From an uncultured Gammaproteobacteria bacterium (GTDB lineage: Bacteria > Pseudomonadota > Gammaproteobacteria > Arenicellales > JAANXG01), in the NCBI GenBank assembly GCA_947258785.1, contig CAMYJT010000008.1:140429-204428 (forward strand): DNA of 64,000 nt. The letters are read 5' to 3'. Below, one piece after another: positions 57,717-64,000 of this stretch (its first letter is position 1; every line of letters begins with the position of its first letter). Both the position numbers and the translations under genes were made by a program. Under the pieces are notes generated by a model. That model made no database searches. It saw only the letters and a list, made by a program, of their open reading frames with translations, and had not been told where the DNA came from.

Positions 57717-57916
57717 AGCACGCTGCGGGCCTCAGTTTACGCCAAAATTCATGTAAGCTGAATGCCGAGACGGCGTGCTTATGCCGGGAATGACAAGGCC
57801 ACAGGCGCCAGATCATGTTCTTGGCCGGACAGGGGAAACAAACTGAAACGGCCTCAATTAGCGGCTGTCGAGATGAGGCGGCCCGGCCGCGATGCCGGGC
57901 CACCGTCAAGCTCGAA

Positions 57917-59113
57917 TCAGTAGGCGGGGGCCTCGGCGTCGTAGCGCAGCCCCATTCTGCCGGCCTGTTCTCGCACCGCGCGATAGATCTTTGTATCCAG
58001 CGAGTCCTCAGCGCCGCCGAGCTTATCCACTTCCGTAATCAGATAGCTGGAGCGCTGTTCGGCGAGATTCCGGATCTGACGCTGCAGTTCATTGCGACGC
58101 TCAGCGGTTTCGGTGATCATGGCCTCCTGTTCGCCCACCGACATATCCTGCATTGATTCCGGCAACTGATCGCGGTCGATGGTGGACAAATCCGCACCAC
58201 CATTGATCACATCTTCGATCAGGTCGCCCTTTCCCGTGAGATTGGCCTTGCCGCTTTTAGAAGCATTGAACGTCGCCCGGCGTGCGCGTGATGCAAGTGA
58301 AGAAGCTGCGTGCAGTTTTTCTGTGGCTTCAATTTTCTTATGCTGCTGCTTCCTGTCCTCGGGCGGGCCATAATACATTCGTGTGTCATCCAGTTGTCTA
58401 GATAACTCGGCAAGCTTCTTGTCAAACGGTGTTGCGATCACCACCGCACTGCCCGCCTGTTCTACTTGGAAGTAACGACCGCCGCCCAACTGAGCGATCT
58501 GATGCCATTCCCTGCTGGTGTAACGGCTATTACCACTCTGGATGGTGTTAACCACGATGCCTTTTGCGCGCGCTGCGTCCAGGACCTGTGGATATTTCAC
58601 GTCGTCCTGATAATCCATGTGCGGCGGCGCATCACCGACCAGGAATACAACGCGGTAGACCTTCGGGTCCTGGCTCCAGGACACTTGGTGGACCGCGCCA
58701 TGCAGTGCCTGATTTACACTTTCCGGCCCGTCGCCACCACCGGCGGCCTGAAAGTCCATCAGCGTGGCGTACATCGAATCCAGATCACTGGACAGATCCA
58801 CCACTCGGGTCACGTAGGCATCGCCGCGGTCCCGGTAGGCGACCAACCCCATCCTGATCTCAGGCGCCTGTTGCGCCGAGGCCATGCTGGAAGCGATAGA
58901 CCAGATCTTTTCCTTAGCGGCCTGAATCAGGCCGCTCATGCTGCCGGTGGTGTCCAGTACAAACACCACCTCCACCTTGGCGCCGTAGTGTGATAGCGGT
59001 TCGACGACTGGTGTGTTTGTCAGCGTGGTGGCGTTGCTTCGATACAGCGGGTAGAACACCACCGCCGCCGCAGTGAGCACAAACAAAGCAAGTGCGATGA
59101 CTTTCGATTTCAT
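57917..59113 (-). CDS. membrane-anchored von Willebrand factor A (vWA) domain protein with a coiled-coil-like C-terminus
   Basis: N-terminal anchor MKSKVIALALFVLTAAAVVFYPL. MIDAS context VVFVLDTTGSMSG. VFLVGDAPPH. GGAGG precedes the ATG at 59113. Confidence 0.85.
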   Translation of the reverse strand: MKSKVIALALFVLTAAAVVFYPLYRSNATTLTNTPVVEPLSHYGAKVEVVFVLDTTGSMSGLIQAAKEKIWSIASSMASAQQAPEIRMGLVAYRDRGDAYVTRVVDLSSDLDSMYATLMDFQAAGGGDGPESVNQALHGAVHQVSWSQDPKVYRVVFLVGDAPPHMDYQDDVKYPQVLDAARAKGIVVNTIQSGNSRYTSREWHQIAQLGGGRYFQVEQAGSAVVIATPFDKKLAELSRQLDDTRMYYGPPEDRKQQHKKIEATEKLHAASSLASRARRATFNASKSGKANLTGKGDLIEDVINGGADLSTIDRDQLPESMQDMSVGEQEAMITETAERRNELQRQIRNLAEQRSSYLITEVDKLGGAEDSLDTKIYRAVREQAGRMGLRYDAEAPAY

Positions 59114-59133
59114 GTTGATATCCTCCAAGAGAG

Positions 59134-59700
59134 TTAGCGGACCGAAACAAGCCTGCGCAGGGCGGTTTCTGCAACGCGATGGGCGCACTCAAAACGGTCC
59201 TCACCGTCCAGGGGCCCCGCCTGGTTCCGGCTTCGGCGCCAGCCGGCCGGAATCAAGACAAACAGCGCCTGCACCAGAAAGAAAACCCACAGAGACAAAA
59301 ACACGCTGTGCGAGTGGATACCGGCCCAAACGGCCGCGGCCAGACTCAGACCGCTCAATCCCAGGTCCGCCAGCGCGGACAACGCACTGGAATAGAAGTA
59401 CAGCGAGCGGATAACCCAGATCATGCCGACGTGGACGACGGCGTACAGCGGCAGCGGAGGTGCCGCGAACCACGTGGCACCGGCCAGCATCAGCCATGCG
59501 GTCAATACCGTCACACGCCCGACACGTTCGCGGCTGCGCGCCAACAGATACACGGCATAGGCGAGACCGATGCCGGCGATCAGCAGACGCAGCACACCGC
59601 CGCCGGCAAATACCATGGCCAGCGCCGCAAACAGCGCGGCGCCGAATATGCTCGCGGCTGCGGCTACTGCCACGCCTTCAAAGAATGTGGGCCGTTTCAT
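59134..59700 (-). CDS. polytopic membrane protein (about 5 helices), unknown family
   Basis: 188 aa and hydrophobic throughout. The start overlaps the PspA-like stop (ATGA), and the gene ends 20 bp before the vWA start. Confidence 0.65.
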   Translation of the reverse strand: MKRPTFFEGVAVAAAASIFGAALFAALAMVFAGGGVLRLLIAGIGLAYAVYLLARSRERVGRVTVLTAWLMLAGATWFAAPPLPLYAVVHVGMIWVIRSLYFYSSALSALADLGLSGLSLAAAVWAGIHSHSVFLSLWVFFLVQALFVLIPAGWRRSRNQAGPLDGEDRFECAHRVAETALRRLVSVR

Positions 59701-60233
59701 GACCGCTTCCTCTTTCGTTTCTCGCGCAGCAAGGCCACCTCCACGTCCTCGTCACGGACTGTGATATCAGGGGTGGCCCAGATCACCTCGCTGCGCCCGG
59801 CAGTGTCGTCTTCCGCCAACAGCTCCAGCTTTTGCTGCATGGCCGCCAAGCGTCCACGATTTGCCTCGACCCGGCCGCGCAGCCCGGCGAGCGTTTCTTG
59901 CACCGCTTCGCGTTTCTTGGCGAGGACCTGTCTGAGCCGTTGCGTCTCCAGCTTGCGCCTGATCAGCGTCCTCGCCAGATCGTCCTTGCCGGACGCGAAA
60001 CAGACATCCAGTTCTTCCTCGATCTGCTGCAGTGAGTGATCGAGTTCGGAGGGCCGGCCAGACAACTGCCCGTGTTCATGAGTCAAAACCTTAATGCGCT
60101 GTTCGTCGCGCGCTATGTCTTCCTCCATCTCGCGCACCGCTTGCTTGAGCAGGACTTCGGGTTCCTCGATGCGGTCAAGAACGGCGTGAAGATCGGCCCG
60201 GAACAGTCGCGAGACGCGGGTGATTAATGCCAT
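59697..60233 (-). CDS. pspA: PspA/IM30 family protein
   Basis: MALITRVSRLFRADLHAVLDRIEEPEVLLKQAVREMEEDI parallels the PspA N-terminus ([37 protein letters not shown]). Coiled-coil heptads throughout. Confidence 0.85.
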   Translation of the reverse strand: MALITRVSRLFRADLHAVLDRIEEPEVLLKQAVREMEEDIARDEQRIKVLTHEHGQLSGRPSELDHSLQQIEEELDVCFASGKDDLARTLIRRKLETQRLRQVLAKKREAVQETLAGLRGRVEANRGRLAAMQQKLELLAEDDTAGRSEVIWATPDITVRDEDVEVALLREKRKRKRS

Positions 60234-60390
60234 GCGGTGTACCTCCTGGTTCGTCGTTGCTCGGAATGTGAAACCAGTGTAGGCATGGCGTTGCCAAGCC
60301 GGTAGACAGGTTTTAGTAAATCTTGGACGCAGCTGTTTACAAAAATTTTACGTGCCGGCGCTTGAGTGAACTGCTAGGCTTGCTGTCACC

Positions 60391-61092
60391 ATGTCACGCA
60401 AGCTGCGCATCCTGGTCGTCGAAGACGAAGCCGCGATTCGTACGGGGCTGGTAGATGTATTGGTGTATCACGGCTATGAAGCGGACACCGCCGCCGACGG
60501 GCCGGCGGGGCTCGACAAGGCATTGAGCGGAAAATTCGATCTCATCCTGCTGGACGTGATGCTCCCCGGGGTGGACGGCTTTGCGATCTGTGACCGGATA
60601 CGCGCCGAGGATCGCGAACAGCCCATCATCATGCTCACGGCCAAAACCAGTGACGAAGACATTATTCGAGGACTGTCACTGGGCGCGGACGATTACGTAT
60701 CCAAACCGTTTTCAGTGGCCCAACTCATGTTGCGGATCGGAGCCGTCCTGCGCCGCTCCCGAATCGCCGTAGAGCAGGACAACCACATCCGCCTCGGCGA
60801 CAACGTCGAGGTCGATACGCGGAATCTCTCGGGGCGCCGCGGCGGGCAGGCCTTGTCGTTCACCCGCCGCGAAGTGGAAGTCCTCCGGTACCTGAGCATC
60901 AATCCGGAGCGGCCGGTGTCCCGCGATGAACTGTTGAACAAGGTCTGGGGCTACGCCAGGAACCAGGATATCGAAACCCGCACCGTGGACATCCATATCG
61001 CCAAGCTGCGGCGCAAGATCGAAACCGACCCCTCCCGCCCGCGTCACCTGGTGACCGTACGCGGCGCCGGGTATCGGCTGCAGGCGGACTAG
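60391..61092 (+). CDS. OmpR-family response regulator
   Basis: LRILVVEDE...DLILLDVMLPGVDG...DDYVSKPF receiver domain, plus a winged-helix domain (VRGAGYRL). Confidence 0.9.
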   Translation: MSRKLRILVVEDEAAIRTGLVDVLVYHGYEADTAADGPAGLDKALSGKFDLILLDVMLPGVDGFAICDRIRAEDREQPIIMLTAKTSDEDIIRGLSLGADDYVSKPFSVAQLMLRIGAVLRRSRIAVEQDNHIRLGDNVEVDTRNLSGRRGGQALSFTRREVEVLRYLSINPERPVSRDELLNKVWGYARNQDIETRTVDIHIAKLRRKIETDPSRPRHLVTVRGAGYRLQAD

Positions 61093-61094
61093 CG

Positions 61095-63161
61095 ATGCTC
61101 CGTGCTTCGCGCGCCGGGTGGGACAAGCAACGGCTGCGGCTTTGGCTGGTGCTGTTTTTTCTCGCCCTGGCGATTCCGGCCGGCATTTTGATCCGGCAAA
61201 CCTACAGTCAATTGAAGTGGGAGGCGTTTCACCGGCATCGCGTCATGGCCGAGGAGTTGACGGCCCGCATCGACCGCCGGCTGAGTGAGCTGATCGATGC
61301 CGAACAGGCGCGGGCGTTTACCGACTATGCGTTCCTGGTCGTGGCCGGCGACCCGAAAGCCAGTTTTGTGCAGCGCTCACCACTGTCGGCTTATCCACTT
61401 GCCGCCGCGATCCCCGGGCTCATCGGCTATTTCCAGATCGACGCGCAAGGGGCGTTCACCTCCCCGCTGTTGCCGCAACCGGGTGTACAACCCTTGGTGT
61501 ACGGTATTTCCGGCCCTGAACTGGATCAGCGGCGTGCGCTGCAGGACCGCATCCGGCAGATTCTGGGAGAAAACCGCCTGGTGCACGCCACGGGCGCCGA
61601 TACCATGGACAGCAAGGGCTCGGTTATGTACACACCGCCGCACAGCGACGCCGGCAAACCGGTGGCCGCAAAGACCAGCAACGAGCAGGACCTTGCGCGG
61701 CCGCGTGGCATGGAGGAACCCGAGCGGTTGGCGTCTCAGGCCGCCTTCGATCGGCTCACCGAAGGCGGCAAACTACTGCAGAAGAAAACACAATCGCTGC
61801 CTCGCGCGCTGGGCCGGGTGGAGGATCTGCGACTCGATCCCCGTTATCAACGCGGCAATGTTGCGGACACAGCCGCCCGTGAAACCGCCGCGCCTGCCGA
61901 GAAACGGACCCTGCGTAAGGAACGCAGTGCGTTGCCAAATCAGAAGTTCGCGATCCTCGACGAAGTAACGGCCACGGAAGCCGAGTCCGAGCTGCGCATC
62001 CACATCTTCGAGAGCGAGATCGACGCGTTCGTCTTCAACGCGCTGGACAGCGGCCATTTCGTACTGTTCCGGAAGGTGTGGCGCGACGGCCAACGTTACA
62101 TCCAGGGGGCGTTGATCGAGCCACAGGCGTTTTTCCGTGGCGTCATCGAATCGGCGTTCCGCCAGACTGCATTGTCACAGGTCACAGACCTGGCGGTTGC
62201 TTTCGCAGGCGACGTGTTGTCCGCATTCAGCGGACAGACGTCGCGTAAGTATCTGTCCAGTACTGAGGAGTTGCAGGGCGCACTGCTCTATCAGACGCGC
62301 TTGTCCGCACCGATAAACGACCTGGCGCTCATTTTCAGCATTACCGAGCTGCCGGTGGGGGCGGGCAGCTCGGTTGTGACCTGGGTGGCGGCGATTTTAT
62401 TGCTGGTGCTTTGCGGCGGTCTCTACTTGATGTATCGATTGGGTGTTGGACAAATCAATCTCGCCCGCCAGCAGCAAGACTTTGTGTCCGCCGTCAGTCA
62501 CGAACTGAAAACCCCGCTGACCTCTATTCGCATGTATGGAGAGATGCTGCGCGAGGGCTGGGCGGATGAAGCCAAAAAGAAGACCTATTACGCGTACATT
62601 CATGATGAGAGCGAACGCCTGTCGAGGCTTATCGCCAACGTGCTGCAACTGGCGCGCATGAACCGTAACGATCTGAAGATCGATCTAAAACCTGTACCCG
62701 TTACGAAACTGATGGACAAGCTGCGGTCCAAGGTCGTCTCGCAGATCGAGCGGGCGGGTTTCACGCTGAACATGACCTGTGAGGATGAAGCCGGTCAGGC
62801 GCTCATCGACGTGGACGCCGACTATTTCACCCAGATCGTCATTAACCTGGTCGACAACGCCATCAAGTTCTCCGCCAAAGCCGACCGGCGCGCCATTGAC
62901 ATCGCTTGCCGACGGCAACAGGACGGCACGCTGCAGTTCAGCGTGCGCGACTACGGCCCCGGCGTGCCGAAAGACCAAATGAAGCAGATCTTCAGACTTT
63001 TCTACCGCTCTGAGAGCGAACTAACCCGCGAAACAGTCGGCACCGGCATAGGACTGGCGCTGGTCCACCAGCTGGCGCTGGCGATGCAGGGGCGGGTCGA
63101 GGCCGTCAATCGTGATCCGGGTGCAGAATTTCAGGTATCTTTCGCGGCAGGCGACGGATAA
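61095..63161 (+). CDS. sensor histidine kinase with a ~400-aa extracytoplasmic sensor domain
   Basis: TM1 at aa 15-35 and TM2 at about aa 430-455. H-box FVSAVSHELKTPLTSI. N/G boxes (DNAIKF, DYGPGV, GTGIGLAL). Confidence 0.9.
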   Translation: MLRASRAGWDKQRLRLWLVLFFLALAIPAGILIRQTYSQLKWEAFHRHRVMAEELTARIDRRLSELIDAEQARAFTDYAFLVVAGDPKASFVQRSPLSAYPLAAAIPGLIGYFQIDAQGAFTSPLLPQPGVQPLVYGISGPELDQRRALQDRIRQILGENRLVHATGADTMDSKGSVMYTPPHSDAGKPVAAKTSNEQDLARPRGMEEPERLASQAAFDRLTEGGKLLQKKTQSLPRALGRVEDLRLDPRYQRGNVADTAARETAAPAEKRTLRKERSALPNQKFAILDEVTATEAESELRIHIFESEIDAFVFNALDSGHFVLFRKVWRDGQRYIQGALIEPQAFFRGVIESAFRQTALSQVTDLAVAFAGDVLSAFSGQTSRKYLSSTEELQGALLYQTRLSAPINDLALIFSITELPVGAGSSVVTWVAAILLLVLCGGLYLMYRLGVGQINLARQQQDFVSAVSHELKTPLTSIRMYGEMLREGWADEAKKKTYYAYIHDESERLSRLIANVLQLARMNRNDLKIDLKPVPVTKLMDKLRSKVVSQIERAGFTLNMTCEDEAGQALIDVDADYFTQIVINLVDNAIKFSAKADRRAIDIACRRQQDGTLQFSVRDYGPGVPKDQMKQIFRLFYRSESELTRETVGTGIGLALVHQLALAMQGRVEAVNRDPGAEFQVSFAAGDG

Positions 63162-63579
63162 GGGTATCCAGCATGCCCCGACGCGCCGGTATTGTCCTGT
63201 CCCGCCTCCCCTCGGACATCATTCAACGCGGCAACAACCCGCAGTGCTTGTTTCGACGTCCGGCAAGACGACCGCCGCTACCCGAGAACCCTGGCTGATC
63301 TGTCATCCGGGTCTCGATATCCCAAGTTGAAACTTCTACCGTATGATAAACCGAGATCTGTTTCTATAAGGCGGTAAGCCCATGGAGCCGTTGAAGGCGT
63401 AAGAGACAAAAGATTAAATCGTGATGAGTCCCGAGCGAGATGAAGGCCGAGACCGCTGAGGTACACAACCCGGGGCAGAGCGCGGGGTGGAAGTACCCCG
63501 GGTTGAAGTACCAGGAACCTCGACGGACCAAAAGCAGGGTGCAGTTCGCTTCTTCCCGCGCCGAGCCGTCGCCGGGCGT

Positions 63580-63879
63580 TTAGTCCTTAACTTTATAAAT
63601 AGAGTCGATCTTCGCCTCGGCTTGTAACCAGTCTTGGATCGTATCGCCTCCGTCAAAACCGCGTTGCTCTGCTAAATAGTAGGCAGCCTCGGCGATTAAT
63701 CGGTACCGGTCTTCACTGCTAATGATCGCATTGACGCGGTTCTTTGCAGCGCGTGTGCGGGCTCTTGCCGCCGACGTTCCAGCTGCCTTCTTCGACGCAA
63801 CTTGTGCACCAACAACAGCGACTTGCTTGGCCTTTAACTTCGATTTCCTCTTCGACGGCGTCTCTGATGGTATCTGCAT
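63580..63879 (-). CDS. DUF2934 family small protein
   Basis: The C-terminal IAEAAYYLAEQRGFDGGDTIQDWLQAEAKI motif is typical of DUF2934. The N-terminal half is basic and low-complexity. Confidence 0.8.
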   Translation of the reverse strand: MQIPSETPSKRKSKLKAKQVAVVGAQVASKKAAGTSAARARTRAAKNRVNAIISSEDRYRLIAEAAYYLAEQRGFDGGDTIQDWLQAEAKIDSIYKVKD

Positions 63880-64000
63880 AATTAGCGGCCTCCTGGTATC
63901 TTTAACGATTCACGCATTAATCCGGTTTGCGCACAAATTTCCATACCACTGACGGGACCTCGCGTCTCTTGAGCTTAGTACAAATAACGCTCAGCGCCAG

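Noticed and set aside
60283-60300. Sigma54-like TGGCAA-N5-TGC element upstream of the pspA-like gene (minus strand), suggestive of classical PspF/sigma54 control.
   Set aside because: Counting positions against TGGCACG-N4-TTGC puts the GC dinucleotide 1 nt too close to the GG, and sigma54 promoters do not tolerate that spacing. No PspF-type activator is nearby.
63380-63560. Group II intron 5' domain or retron-like RNA.
   Set aside because: There is no GUGYG 5' boundary, no domain V-like hairpin and no reverse-transcriptase ORF within reach; the next gene is a convergent DUF2934 CDS. The region is kept only as an unassigned structured region.

Overview
This is a 64-kb chromosomal segment from a moderately GC-rich Gram-negative, proteobacterium-like genome. 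All calls come from reading the sequence and ORF translations by eye. No BLAST, HMM, folding or GC computation was run, so family names rest on remembered motifs. I found no rRNA, tRNA, CRISPR array, transposase, integrase or phage gene. About 55 CDSs are supportable. (1) 533-6794: NnrS plus two very large polytopic membrane enzymes. (2) 9058-25114: an organosulfonate catabolic island. It holds a GntR regulator, a TctABC transporter, an acylating aldehyde dehydrogenase with an AMP-forming CoA ligase (SauS/SauT-like), UspA, an FAD oxidoreductase, xsc, pta and a DctPQM TRAP transporter. (3) 26368-32663: a CusRS-like two-component system with an outer-membrane barrel, divergent from a secreted protein and a HEAT-repeat protein. 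(4) 33090-51169: miscellaneous redox, repair and housekeeping genes, a 573-aa protein built from 31-residue repeats, and a cyclase-TPR protein. (5) 51667-56819: a leaderless S8 peptidase and a GGDEF protein whose periplasmic sensor carries two CXXCH motifs. (6) 57917-63161: a tightly coupled PspA-like, membrane-protein and vWA operon, divergent from an OmpR-type two-component system. The clearest non-genic signal is a family of miniature inverted-repeat elements with terminal repeat CC(C/T)GCATATTGCACCA and YTAR tetranucleotide flanks. I found four bounded copies and three fragments. They coincide with several decayed genes: a truncated MBL-fold gene, an internally deleted MocR-type gene, an xsc 3' remnant, a LysR remnant and a frameshifted cupin gene. 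The two findings I rank highest are this MITE family and the PspA-membrane-vWA module with its divergent two-component system.
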